A DNA stretch of 64,000 bases, from contig MU058584.1 of assembly GCA_013265495.1 (NCBI GenBank), positions 2,327,599 to 2,391,598 on the forward strand. The letters run 5' to 3'. The notes under the pieces were generated by a model that ran no database searches, was not told the DNA's origin, and worked only from the letters and a program-made list of their open reading frames with translations. A program made the position numbers and the translations under genes. Each line of letters opens with the position of its first letter. Positions within the stretch are counted from its first letter, which is position 1. The DNA comes from Vicugna vicugna (lineage: Eukaryota). This document shows positions 40,614 through 53,610 of the stretch, piece by piece.

Positions 40614-40678
40614 TCTGGATAGATCACAGGATCCATTCATTATGGAGTCTTCTGGATAGATCACAGGATCCATTCATT
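40614..40678. repeat. Perfect 28-bp direct repeat (period 37)
   Basis: tctggatagatcacaggatccattcatt at 40614-40641 and 40651-40678. Confidence 0.95.
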
Positions 40679-42590
40679 CTGTCCAGCTTACACTCCAAGC
40701 CCAAATTCCCTCTCCCATGGAAACCAGCCACACTGTCCAGTGTAGCTCACCAGCACTGACAGCCAGCACCTCTGGACGGCATAAAGGGCACCAAATGCTA
40801 TAGGACATTTGAATATAAATCTCCCTTTAATATATATCCAAAGAGAAATTAAAATGCAGAATAAAATCCTCCTCTCTCAACTTAAAAATTCTATGAAATG
40901 CTAGTCTGAAATGCTAGCCCTGCCTTTCCTGAATTTCTTCCTGGGTTCCTCCTCAGCCAGAAATCTCACTCCAGCGCCAGAGGCAGAGTCAAAGCTTTCC
41001 TTCTCCCGTGGAGACCTCTTCCACTGGAGTGGGGGTAGTGGTTCTGGTTTCTTTAAAGTTCAATCAATCCCAAGTTGAATTTCTCTGGTACCCCACTTTT
41101 TTCTAAAGAGTCACTTTAGGAGACACGTGAACGCCATCCCAGAATCAGCTGACCCATGGAGAACTTAGAAAACACAAGCAAAGCCCCAGCTACTAGTGCA
41201 AACTTCAGTTCCCAGAACCCCAGGTCAGAGAGCCACGTGACTTGCTGAGGAACCACCGGATCAGAGATCTGATAGTACAAGGGACACACAGGAAAGACAG
41301 AAAACATATGAAAGAGGGAAAACGAAAATCTCAGCTTCAGTCTTTGCAACTGTGGTGGTAAGAGAAAACCGCCACCAAGAGGTTAATTTTGCATTCTGCT
41401 GCCTGTAACCTGGGGGAAACCATCCAGTCCACACATTCTGCCTCCTTTCTCAGAGAATGACCTTTGAAATATTCATGTCTCTGTGCAAAATTCAAAAATG
41501 TAAAGTGGGTCCCCCTCCCTCCACAGGCTTAGCAGAGGCTCCCTTCTTCCTCCCTGGTATCCATACACATGTGTAAGACGTGTCTTGATTTCCACTTCCC
41601 TTTAAGCCCTGTGTTCCCAATCCCAGCTATGTTTATCCTGGACCCCTGTGACTTCTCTTCCTTCTCTGGAATCTCTCCAGCTTGTGACCCGCTCTGTGAT
41701 TATCCTCTGTCTCAACTAGAGTCAATTTCCAATTGCTAAGCCCGGGCTAAGGTTGATGGGGCCGAAAGCTGGGCATCTCCCTGCATCACCTCTGCCCACA
41801 GAGCCTCCTTCCCACCTTCCTTCTGCCTTAAGTGTCTGGTGTTGCTCCAGTAGCAGCAGAAGCACCTCTTTCTGTGGTCTCTTGGATGTTCACTCTAAAC
41901 TGTCTCTACTATCGTTCCCCAAACCCTTCTAAGCAGAGCCGGCAAAGTCTAAAATTGTCTCACCAGCTCTTGCCCCAGTTACATCCCTCTGCTGCCTTGT
42001 GGACAGCTTGCCCTCTTTGCCGTTGGGCCCAGACATATGATTTCCTAACATACTTTTCTAAGTTCTATTTTGAAATTTGTTTCAAAAATTCTGGATCTGT
42101 CCAAGGCTTCCATTGTTCGGATAAGTCCTGTTCAGCTTTCATCCCTTGAGATGAGTCGTGTTCCACAGGAGGTGTCTTCCCATCCCCCACTCGGCCGTTG
42201 TTTTTCCAACAGGCTCCCCTGTCGTGTGTCCCCACCCCCCAGGAACCCTCCCATAGAGGGTCAGCACCAGGGCTGCCCCTACAGAGCACAGGATGGGTTG
42301 GCACCCCTATACACAATCACTGCTATGCTGGAATTCAGTCATAATTCTTGAAATGTTTTATCATGTTCTTTTTGATTTTCCCCTTCAAGTGTGTCTACAT
42401 TTTCTTATACCATCTAGTGAGTCCTTTAAAGTCATCTATCAGCACATCTCCAATGGCTTTCATTACCCACTCCCCACCTGCTGCTTTTAGAGGGTCTCTC
42501 CTGCATCCTTTGGTGTGTGTGATCCATGCAGTTTACTCACTGAGATCTTAAAAGCCAGACCACATAAGACTTGGATCTCAGCTGCACTAC

Positions 42591-43309
42591 TGTCAGCTTT
42601 CTGACACTAAATGAGAGGTTTTGAATCTCACACCAACCAATTCTTTAACATTCCAACACCATCTAGGTGTCCCACGATTCACTTCAATTCCTACACTAAC
42701 TACCCAGAGTTAGCATCAAACTCCTCAGGCTTATGGGCTCAGTCCCACAAGACCGGCCTCACTTCAGATGCCAGTTGCAAGTCTCAGGTCACCGTACTTC
42801 TGACCGACCAGTTATAAGTTGGGAGTTCCCACACCCCCCATCTCAGGTTTGATAATTTGCTAGAGCAACCAGTAGAACTCAGGAAGCCACTGTGTTTGTA
42901 TGTATCGGTTTATTATAAAGGATACAGATGAACATCCAGATGAAGGCAAGGCCTGAAAGGGTCCTCTGCCCCCATGGAGTCGGGGTGCCCCACCCTCCCA
43001 GCATGTGGATGCTGTGACTTAGAGGTTTGTACGGTGGTATCATTACATGGGCACAACTGTATAAACTGTTGGCTGTTGGTGATTAACTCAATCTCCAGCC
43101 CCTCTTCTTCCCTGGAAGTTAGAAGGTGGGGCTGAAAGCTTCAAGTTTCTAATCAAGGCTTAGCCTTTCTCTGACCACCCCTCATCCTGAAGATATCAAG
43201 GGGCCCACTAACTAGACACTCTTATCATTTAGGAAATTATAAATGTTTTGGGAGCTCTGCGTCAGGAACCAAGGACAAAGATCAAATGTATATTTCCCAT
43301 TATATTACA
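42591..43309 (-). mobile_element. MER21-type solo LTR
   Basis: TG...CA ends; internal gggctcagtcccacaagac...cacttcagatgccagttgcaagt...ggagctctgcgtcaggaaccaaggacaaagatcaaat. 5-bp TSD actac/gctac. Confidence 0.8.
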
Positions 43310-43451
43310 GCTACTTACTAGCTATGTGACCTTGGATAAGTTGCTTTCGTCTCTCTGTGCCTCAGTTTCCTCACCTATAAAGTGGAGAGAATACTAGTAC
43401 CTATCTCATAGGGTTACTGGGAGGATTAAATGAGTTAATGCTTAGACCAGT

Positions 43452-43592
43452 TAACAGGGAATATAACCAATATTTACAGCAACTTTAAACGGAGTGTAAG
43501 AATTTTGAATCACTATGTTGTACACCTGAAATTAATATTGCAAATCAACTATACTTCAATTAAAAAGCTTAAAAAAAAACCTAAAAAAGAGA
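43452..43592 (+). mobile_element. Truncated L1 3' tip inside the MIR
   Basis: gaatcactatgttgtacacctgaaattaatattgcaaatcaactatacttcaatt plus A tail. TSD cttagaccagt/cttagaacagt. Confidence 0.8.
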
Positions 43593-44565
43593 ACTTAGAA
43601 CAGTATCTGAAACACGTAAGTGCTAAATATGATTTATTAGTATTATTTATTCTTCTGATGTATCCATCTGGGTATGTTACTGAATTGCAAGTTCATGTGC
43701 CCAACACGCAGGTAGGCCCCAAAGTACTGAAACAGAATTTAGAGCAGAGCAAGGTTTATTGCTGGGCAGAGCAAGAATGGGTGTCACATGCCCCAAAAGT
43801 GGTTTCAGCTGGGCATTTTTAAAGGTCAGCTGAGGGAGGGGCAGCCAGGGTATGTGATCAGCTGTGCACAATTCTGATTGGTTGCTGGTGATCAGTCCTC
43901 AGGCAGAGGGTCAGGGGGCTGCGCGCTCATGATCATCAAGTAGTTAACTTCTTCCATTTTTCAGCAGCAGAAAAATTCAGGAAATACGTGTGAGATGCTA
44001 CTATCTGGGTGCTTCAGAGAGGAGCTACAGCAGAGGATATGGGGGAGGAAGGCCGCCCATAGGGTCCTGCTCAGTTATAATCCCCCCCCTTTCTTTGCTA
44101 CTCCCCAGCCTTGAGAACAGGTGTGGACAAGAAGGGGGATACTATTTTAGAGAAGCAAGCGTTGTCACACATCATCAGTGGCTATACAGTGTGACAACTC
44201 CATTAGAGAATTCTCTATCCTAAACTTTGGGGGCAATATTCATAGGGAGACAAACATTCGGTAAACAGTTCAATGAGAAAGCATATGTTAAAAGCCAGTG
44301 ATACGTCAGACAATCAAAAAAATTATACCCATGTTCCTCACTCCACTCAATCCTTTGCAATCAATCCCTTTTACGAAACCAGAGTTTTCATTAGACTTCT
44401 TAAAGATCTTATCCCGCTCAGCATATGATCTAAAAGAAGCCTGCACCTGTCAAAAAGCCCTTTTTATGAATCCTCCTGAAATGAAGCAGGTCCAAAAACC
44501 ATCAATATAACTGTCCTCAAAACGGCCCAAAAAAAGCAAAGCACAAGACCTGACCTCAACGTTTT

Positions 44566-44762
44566 GTTTTGTGTTTTTATTTTTATTGAAGTATAGTCAT
44601 TTCATAATGTTGTGTCAACTTCCTGTGCACAGCACAATGCTTCAGTCATACAGGAACATACGTATATTTGTTTTTATATTCTTTTTCACCGTAAGTTACT
44701 ACAAGATATTGAATACAGTTCCCTGTGCCGTACAGTATAATCTTATTATTTATCTATTTTAT
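44566..44762 (-). mobile_element. L1 3' end inserted in the ERV internal region
   Basis: T-rich tail plus attgaagtatagtca...caagatattgaatacagttccctgtgc. TSD tgacctcaacgtttt/tgaccacagtgtttt. Confidence 0.85.
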
Positions 44763-46349
44763 TGACCACAGTGTTTTTGACAAAGAAGCTTAATGAGGTG
44801 GCTATGACACACAACATTCCAAGATAACGACCAGAATTAGGACTGATAGCATCATACCAGGACACATCTAAATGTCAGAAACTTCATATAATTTCTAGAA
44901 TGTCCCTACCAACATTTATCCATACCCTATAATCCGAGGAGGCTTATCACTCATTGACAATGCTTCGCATGCAATTCAACGTGGCAGCCAATCCTAGTTA
45001 AATATTCTCTGAGAAGCCTCAGGGACCCTCTGAAGCATCCCAAAGTTAGCTGAAGTCAGAAGAACTTTAATTAGGATTTGACGGAAAGTAGGTCGAAATA
45101 TCAAAAAAGTTTCACACAATCTGTTATCAGAAGCATTCTAATGGAACTTGCTCTCTTAAGAGGGGAAACAAATTTAGTCCTGCACCAGCCTTTTAATTAC
45201 AGAATCCACTTACCCAAACAAGTTCAATCCAATCTCAGCTTGACCACACACAGAACTCCTTTTGCAGGGCTCCCTTTTTACAAACTTTACACAACTTTCT
45301 GCATCCATATTAGTCTACCCCTAATTTTTTTTTAACCCACTTAGAAACAACCAACTCTAGGACCAAATCATGTTCTTTTCCCTTAACAAACTGCAATTCT
45401 ATTCCTCATGCTTTGTTTTACTCAAAATATATATCCTACTTTCCTACTGTATATTGAAATGTTGCCCCCATTGTTTTTAGTAGCTTCAATTATGCATTTA
45501 AATTAGAATCATCAGTTCTTAAAAATCTTAATTTCTAGTGAATATTTCTGTATCCTATCTTGTTTGAGCAGGACCTAACTAGTCAGCCATTCGATAAACT
45601 TCCATCATTTAACTTAATTTAGCACAACTCTAAAATTTCAAGTCACCAAATATCTAGATATCATTTTAAAGTAGACATTCCTAAAACATAATTATTTCTA
45701 AAGAATTCACCCAGAAGCTCTTATCTCACTTGCATTCAATTCACTCATAAGAATTTCATCATACCAGGCTAATTAATTCCTGCTGACAAACTCTGCACCA
45801 GGAACAAGAACTTATTGACCTTCAGTAAACTTAGGTACAATCAAAGACATGTCTGTATAGATTATACCAACAAATTAAGCTAGCTTTAATATCAGATATC
45901 ATATTAATATTGAATATTTCCTAGATCACATGAACCTGAACTCTGTTCTGTCTAGCTTCTTTTATGCTTACAAGTATTTCATTTGTAAGCACTTACTTTT
46001 AAATCAATGAAATGAAGCTCATCCATAAGTTATAAGATAGAACCAGAGATCTTACAGTTTTTCAGCTTGAGTTTAAAAAAAAAAAAACAAAGAACCTTTG
46101 TTTTCCCTTGAGAGCCCAAGTAGATCACCTATGTCTCAAAGGCACAGGAAGAGAAATGCAAATTCCTCTTTTAACTGCTTTTACAAAACCCAACCGTCTT
46201 TGCCATATTCAGGGATTTATTCTTCCAGTCCCCAGATACCCACTTCAGTTTAAGGAAATAGTAGTAATAGACAATAATAATAAACATTCACATGCCTCAG
46301 TTTCAAGAAGAGAGAACAGGATTTAGACTCAGGTACCAAGATAGTACCC

Positions 46350-46369
46350 CTCTCTCCCTCTCCCTCCCT

Positions 46370-46436
<67 letters not shown>

Positions 46437-46437
46437 A
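46350..46437. repeat. Compound (CT)n(CA)n microsatellite
   Basis: Directly visible inside the ERV. Confidence 0.95.
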
Positions 46438-46986
46438 GGGAAAACAGATAAAAGCTAAAGCAGTTGCAAAAGGCTCGCTTACTGATACAACACAGCTATT
46501 TAGGGGCCATTGCTCTCCAGCTCTTAGGAAGTACTCAGCCCACACAGTGTTACAGTTAAAAATACCACTTTCTCTCATGTATGGGAGCATAGTTGAAGAT
46601 CTCCCAGTTTTGCAAGATATACCCTAGGGGGACTGGATGATGGAACAGAGCTCTGATCATCCATACTTAATTATTCACAGCCTATGTTATCAAGTATCAC
46701 ACAAAAAATTCAAAACGGTCTCTCAGGGTGACAATTCCTTAGTCTCCAAAAGGAATTCCCAACCAATGTCCCATCAGTCCAGAAGGGGAGAACTCCAACC
46801 AGTGCCCCATCAGAGATGAAGCGGAATGACTGCCCAAGGCTAGAAAGGGAAAATTCCAACCCGTGCCCAAATCCATTGCAACAGGGAAAGATACCAATGA
46901 GGAAGACAACGCAATGGGGAAGGATGCCCTGATGTCATCACATGTGAGCCCTGTAGCTCACCAAAGACATCAGCCAAAGTACTGAT

Positions 46987-46987
46987 A

Positions 46988-47038
<51 letters not shown>
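46987..47038. repeat. (CA)n microsatellite
   Basis: Directly visible; one T interruption. Confidence 0.95.
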
Positions 47039-47039
<1 letters not shown>

Positions 47040-48759
47040 AAACATTGCCCTACAAACGAAAGATCGGACAAGGTGTAGACCAAAAATCCCACTTCCACTC
47101 CCAGACAGAGGCTTCCAGAGTGGCCTGGCTCCCAAAAGAGAATGGACCCAAAGTGGCTCCCAATGAGCCCAGAACGGCTCACTTTCTGGAAGGGAATGAA
47201 CCCAGGTGGAGCAGGTAGAATTTTCCCATCCTACACAAGCTGGAGTGGCTCACCCCAAAACGATATACACAAACATACACCAAAAAAATACAAAAAAACA
47301 AAAAAACAAACAACAGATAAGCTGCGGTCTCAAACTTCCACTTCTGCTCCCAGACGGAGGCCTCCAAACAGACAGGGCCCAGCTCCAGAAAGAGCACAGA
47401 CCCAGAGCGGCTCGGAGTGAGCCCAGAGCTGCTCACTTCCTAGTAGGAATGAGCCCAGATGGAGTGGAGAGAATTCCCAGCCTGAGGGAGCTGGGGTGAC
47501 TCACCCCCAGGCGACACCAAAAGTGAACCGCAGCTCCGGACATTTCTTGGTTCCAAACAGCCTCAGGCCGGGGTGGCCGCACCTGCTGGGGAGAGTCCCT
47601 CCAGGTCCGGCAGCTGCTGGACGGAGGGAAAGGGCCGCCCCTGGGCAGGGTCACGGGCACAGACCTGCCACGGGCACAGACGCCTGGACTGGCTTCACCA
47701 AAGTTATGACTGAACATAAGTTCGTGTGCCTGACACTCAGCAAGGCCCAACAAACCGAAACACCAGAGTTAGGAGCAGAGAAAGGTTTACTGCTGGGAGG
47801 AGCAAGAAGAACATGTGGCTCATGTCCCAAAGCCCCCGAACTCCCCAAAGCGTTTCAGCTGAGCCGTTTTAAAGGCCAGTGGAGGGAGGGGCGGGCCAGG
47901 GTATGTGATCAGCTGTGCACAATTCTGATTGGTTGCTGGTGATCCGTCCTTAGGCAGAGGGTCTGAGGGCTGCGTGCTCATGATCATCAAACAGTTAATC
48001 TCTTCCATTCGGTGGTGGTTGTTAGCATCTAACAAGTTCAGGAAATATCATGAGATACTGCTATCTGGGTGCTTCAGAGACGAGCTACAGCAGAGGATAA
48101 GGAGGAGGGTCTGTCCTGGGAAGGCCCTACAGGTCCCTGCTTGGTCACAGGTGCATCTCCATCCCTGAACTCATCACCATTAAAATGTTCTCCTTTTTCC
48201 TAATTCCACTGTAAAGAGCTATTAGCTAAGGGTATATTTGCTTTCTTTTTTATATCAGTCTAGCCTGGCTGCTAAGATCTTGTCCTTCCTGAGGAAATTC
48301 CCGTCACCTCCCTGGCTCAGTCAGTGTGCCTGCCATCATTTCTCACTCACTTCTCCACCTACCTTAAGAATATGTAGGCTTCTTTAAACAAACTACAAAC
48401 TTGATGCCTAGGTGTAGGTCAGCAGAGTTGGTCCTGGACAGAACTGTGAGGTCACGGAAGTCTGCCTTCACACGTGCCACATTCTCTGAATCCTTGTCCC
48501 CTCCTGGTGCTCCTTCTTTAGGAGGTAGGGAAGTGGAGTGCCTCTCGTGTCTCACTTGAATGTCTTCAAAGGGTAAAATCTCTCCTTGGGGGGTGGTGCT
48601 CTGCTTTCCAAATGCTAGTCTTTGGGTTTATGTGCAAGTCTTCCAGGCCAAACTAGCCCACGTTGAGGGTTAAGGGTTTCTAGCTTTTTATTAGGCAATA
48701 CAAGGAGCAGTAGTTGAATGGGAACCCAGAAGTGTACAGCAGGCAACTACAGTTAACCC

Positions 48760-49030
48760 TACTTTGTGGTATATTTCAAAGTTATTAAAAGAGTACAACC
48801 TGAAAGTTCTTTTCACAAAGAAAAAAAATTCATATTTTTCCTTTTTTTGGATCTAGGAGATGATGGATGTTAACTGAATTTACTGTGGGAATCATATGTG
48901 ACCCATCACATTATATATGAATCACTTGAATCACTTGAACTAGAATATACGTCTAAGTCAAGTCGTTCTGATGCACACCTTGCATTTATACAGTGCTGTC
49001 TGTCAATCACATCTCAATAAAACTGAGACA
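48760..49030 (+). mobile_element. L1 3' end (L1MA/MB-type)
   Basis: aagttattaaaagagta...aaagttct...gagatgatggatgttaact...tacagtgctgtctgtcaatcacatctcaataaaactg. Confidence 0.75.
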
Positions 49031-50739
49031 AAAGAAAGAATTTTTATTAAGGGCCAAAGAGATGCCAAGTTGCTCTCCAAATGCAGGGCTCTGGGAAACT
49101 TTCTTAGAGAATGGGGCAGACCTCTTAACTCTGACCTCAAATCGAAGACAAAGGATCTTTTGTGCAGGCCTGGTCTGAACCACCAGCCAGGCATGTCTAA
49201 GACGACAGACCAGTGAGTAGAGACCCCCCAGAGAGCCCTGACTTCCTCATGTCTACAGATCTTAGAAGCTCAAACAACTAACCCTCTGTACCTGGTTCCA
49301 AGAGACTGTGATCTCACCAATCACATGAACTGTTTGTCTTCTGCACCCAACTTTCCAGCAGTCAATTTACTGCATCTTGACCTTCAGTGACATAAACCCA
49401 GCTTTTTAATTTTTGGGTCTGCAGTCCTCCCTCTCCATGCATTACTGCTTTCCTCAGTATGCTTCCCTCCATGGAACTTTCCTTGCATGGCCAATACCTC
49501 CTTTATGGCAATGGCAGAATCTCTGCTGAGGGTTCTCTGAGTCCTCCTGGCTCCTCTCCTGGGGATTACTGTTTGAGACATCATAGACACTTGCCAGTCG
49601 GATGCCACACAGATAGAGTGACCATCCTTGCACTTTCCCAGTGAGTAAACTTCCGCTGGCCACCTCCTACGCGCTGGCTGTTGCTCTGTTATCTCAGGAG
49701 GAGGCTCTTAACCCCTAGTGGGACTACCACTGGGAAGACTTTTTCAATAAGACAACTTATTAAACAACCCCCCCAACAAATCTCTAGGTCCTTGTTAATG
49801 AATACAACTGTATTCATCAGTTTACAAGCTTGGGTAATAATGTACAATTATGATGTCCGTTAACAAAGCCCTGAACCAGAGGGAAATGGATTTAGGTTGG
49901 GTGGATGGGGACAGATGTGGATTAGAATGAAAACATTCTTGCTATTGGATGACTTGAAGCAACTAATCTCATCAAGGGATAGAACAATAGGAGCCGGGGA
50001 AGCTGCTAAGGAAATGTATGACCCAATTATTTTAAATCATCTAGCTTCAAGGAGAGGCGGAAGGATGCTAGGCAGGAATCCCTAACACCCAGAAGCAATG
50101 ATGGTGTTGATTTAAAGCCTTCCCAAGCCCGGAATGTAGTTACTCTACCTTCCCCCAGTCATTCAGGAATTCAATTCCATCCAATTCAACCAATGCTGCT
50201 TGGCAGCTGAGTGCTGGGAATGCATCCGTGAGCAGGATCACTGAGATCAGTTAGCAACTGTCTTCTTAAAAAACATGTATGTAAATTTAGGTTGCTCTCT
50301 AGAGGTAAGGAAATAATGTTAGAATGAGAGGAAAGAAATATTCTGAGTTATGAGAGATCTTCATTAATTTAGCCTCCTTTCCCCTATGAGCTCAAATAAG
50401 ACCAGCCGCCCCGAGCCAGTTCTCTTCCCACCTCCACCCAGATTCCAAGTCTCCTCCTTTCTTTTAGCCTTTTTGCAAACTTTGCTCGTGAAAGGCAGCC
50501 GTCTAGAATCTCACAGACCCGTTCACACACTCATTCTTTAAGCAGAAGCCCATCTCTTCTATGACACCTTTCTCCTTCCTGGGGTTATCTGTTCCTCCAG
50601 ATCCTCCAGTGAGTCTTTGACCCTGCCTGGAATTGTTATTAAATATTTTGTCTCCCTATGCAAGTTGTTGGAGCTCAAGAGGCCAGACTGCCCCCTCACA
50701 AGAAAGGAGTGCTATGTTAATACACCTGTTAGGTGCTCA

Positions 50740-51010
50740 GACAAAGGAAGAGAGGGTGGAAAAAAGAGGGAGAGGGAGGCTTAAGGAGGGAAGGAAGGAG
50801 GGAGAGAGGAAATAAGAAGAGAACAGGGAAAAATGGAGGGTAGAAGAAGAGGTAGGTGGAGGTAGAAAGGTCAGAGGAGAGGGGAAATGGGAAGAAAGGA
50901 GAGGAGAGGAGACCGGAAGACAGAAAGGAAGGAGATGCTAAAGGAGAAATATTAAAGGATAGCTCGGGGTGGGGGGCAATGGGGAGGGGAGAAAACGAGG
51001 GGGAAGTTCA
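50740..51010 (+). repeat. Purine-rich (GA) low-complexity tract
   Basis: Predominantly G/A on the + strand for ~270 bp. Confidence 0.85.
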
Positions 51011-51334
51011 AAGATATTCAAGTAAGACATTGAAGGGGGGGCCACACCCTTTTTCCCTCTCAGGCGAGATCCCTGGCCCTTGGGTAATAAGAACCAGAAA
51101 AAGGGGTGTGAAGAGAAACCAGGTCTCAAAGTGTGCAGCAGGGATGCAGACAAACTGCCACGGTATGACCTCACGGCTGCGGTTAAGAGCAATTCTGCCG
51201 ACCTCACTTCTAAATATTAGGTCTGTGATTTATTTAAAGCTCTCTAATTATTTTTAAGATGCGAGCCTGGGGTGTTTCTAAGAGGCCTCACTAGCGCTGC
51301 CAGCATTTGGCTCGAACACATGGTTATTTGCAAC

Positions 51335-52055
51335 CATCCATTCATCTATTTTTTTTTCTTTCGCTCAGCGAATACTGGACAAGCACCCTGCCCTGTGTGC
51401 CGGGCACTAGTCTAGGAATTAGGGATCTAACATTGACCCAATCCCTGGTGTCGGGGAGTTTAGATTCCCGTGGGAGGGGAAACAGAGAGTAAACAAACCA
51501 GTAAAACTGTGCTGGATGCTGTGTTGGATGGTGGTAAGTGTTGGGGGAAAAGGAAGAAAGGAGAATGGGAGTGCTGTTGGGTGGTCCAGAAGACTGACTG
51601 GAAAGATTTTTGAGTGTAAATTGCTGAAGGAGGGGAGGGAGGGACCTGTTGGAATATCTGAGAATATGGTTCCAGGCAGAGGGATCAGCCCCTGCAAAGG
51701 CCCTGAGGCAGGGGCACATCGAGTAAGTTGGAAGAATGGCCAGTAGCTCAGTGTGGCTGAATCCGAGAGAAATTGAGGGGAAGATTATTACGGGATGTGG
51801 TCAGAAAGTTAACAGCCCAAGGGAGAAGCGAAACCCACAGAGCCTCTGGCAGGACCTGGCAAGGACTTTGGCTCTTCCTTTGAATGAGCCTGGAGGCCCT
51901 GCAGGATTTGGGGCAAGGAAACACATGATGCAACTTAAGTTTTAACAGTGGGACACTGGCAACAGTGTTGTGAATCGACCACAGGAAAATAAGTTTGTAA
52001 ATAGTAAAGCCGGTTCAAAGACAACTGGAGTAGTTGGGGCAAGAGAGAATGGTGG
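51335..52055 (-). mobile_element. L2 LINE fragment
   Basis: cattcatc...tgtgtgccgggcactagtctagg...ttccaggcagagggatcagcccctgcaaaggccctgaggcagg...aaggactttggc... Confidence 0.75.
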
Positions 52056-53219
52056 CATGGATTCTCAAGAAAACCGAGTGTAAATAAAGTCCATCTGCCT
52101 TTGCTAGAACCTGCCTTTGTACGCACAATTTCTCTGCCTGGAGTGACCTTCTCCCTGCTAGAGCACCTCATTGTATTTCAAGGCTCAGTGCCCACATCAC
52201 CCCTTCCCCAGAGTCCCCACCCAGGACTGCTGCTCCCACAGCACCCATCAGATTGTACTGCAATTACTGGTTTCCTTCTGCCTCCCTTCTAAACTGAGAA
52301 CACCTCCATTTCAGCTCAGTTCCCAAACACTTACACTCAAGGGGAATAAAAAGGCGAATAAGTCATTATCCCAATTACGACCTAGCACAGGAGAAGACTG
52401 AACAAATAACTCCCACACTTACCACGGAGTTTGGCTCAGAGCTGTCAAAGGAGGAAGGGAACAAAGAAGATTACCAGAAGCCAAGTCCCCGTGGCTGGAG
52501 CCGTGGTGTCCTTATTTGCAGTGCTGTTTAAGGAGTCACAGGGCAGAGTCTTGTCTGCTGCTCTGACGGCCTCCCCGGGCTATTTCCCCAGTGCTGGTCC
52601 AGCAGGACCCCTGCCTGTAGATGCTACAGTGCTGAGAGCTAAGGATCTTGTCAGGGTGGGAGAGGGAGACCCCGTGGAAGATTCCAGGAAGCAGGGAGTG
52701 CAAGATGATTAAATGTAGTTGTGGATTTTTTTTTTTTCTGTAGTAGCGGTTGTTGATGCAAAGCTGTCTCCCTGGGGTCTCTTGGTGATATTTGTTACTC
52801 GGCTTTTCAGTCCTTAAACAGAAATTCTGTCCTTTTCATTGAATTGCTCCTCCTTTGCTAATGTTCTGTCTCCTCCAAGTCCCAGGCAGAGTATTTGACA
52901 TTTGTTATTGGTACAAGAGCATCATTTGCTGAGTGAACAACAAAAAAAAAAAGTTTCCCCAAAGAGGGAGATGAATGATGATCTCAGCTCTCCTCTCCCT
53001 TTTTCCTCTTCCTTCAGACACAACAATCTACAGCCACGCTGGGTCCCGGTGGGGAGCTGCCTTAATCAGTTGTACATTCTAGCTTCGTGGAGATGGGCTG
53101 TTGCGATAACTGTACATGTTTCAGTGATGGTCATGGAATAATAGGATGTGGTGAGGTGGGAGCGTCAGTGATGTCCACTTTGTACAGGATAATGAGATCT
53201 CTAAGGATAGATTCTGTCC

Positions 53220-53610
53220 CTCCAATCAGCTACTGTTTCCTGAGAGCCTACTGTGTGCCGGGCATCGTTGTTCTGGGTGCTGGGGATGACAAGCAAAAAT
53301 GAAAACACTAGGCCCTACTCTCAGGATGCTCACTGCCTAGTGGGGGTGTCTAACATCAGATCCATTCTTCACCCAGCTAGGTGTACATCTGCAACTTGGT
53401 AAGTAATATGAGTAAAAGGTATATGATTCTATGAGAGTCTATACTAAAGAGGACTGCATTAGGCAAGGGGCTCAGCAATGTCTTCTTGGGAAATTGCTTC
53501 TCAGTCTGCAAACTGGAAAATTAGTTAAATGTGTGGTGATGGATGAGAAGAGAGTTCTAGGCAAAGGGAACAGTAGGTACAAAGGTTGCCTTGGAAGAAG
53601 GAACCAGGCA
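53220..53610 (-). mobile_element. L2 LINE fragment
   Basis: ctgagagcctactgtgtgccgggcatcgttgttctgggtgctggggat...ttctaggcaaagggaacagtaggtacaaagg. Confidence 0.65.

Larger units (their letters stand above)
42547..43650 (+). mobile_element. MIR split into three pieces (about 42547-42590, 43310-43451, 43593-43650)
   Basis: 5' part agccagac...gatctcagctgcactac; core tagctatgtgaccttggataag...gcctcagtttcctcacctataaagtgg...gaggattaaatgagttaat; 3' part cttagaacagt...taagtgct...tattatt. Confidence 0.75.
43675..48149 (-). mobile_element. Endogenous retrovirus remnant (ERV1-class, non-autonomous/deleted) with both LTRs
   Basis: Homologous direct repeats at 43675-44079 (3' LTR) and 47705-48149 (5' LTR). 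PPT (minus aaagaaaggggggggat) at ~44080-44096 and PBS-like TGGTGAAGCCAGTCCAGG (minus, 47683-47700). 4-bp TSD ggta/ggtg. AT-rich internal region with no gag/pol ORF. Confidence 0.9.

Noticed and set aside
40614..40678. Direct repeat with spacer resembling a CRISPR unit
   Set aside because: Only two repeats, a 9-nt spacer, a mammalian context and no cas genes.
47142..47942. ORFs in the ERV leader/5' LTR region
   Set aside because: No gag, pro, pol or env motifs recognisable; GC-rich leader and LTR sequence yields chance ORFs.
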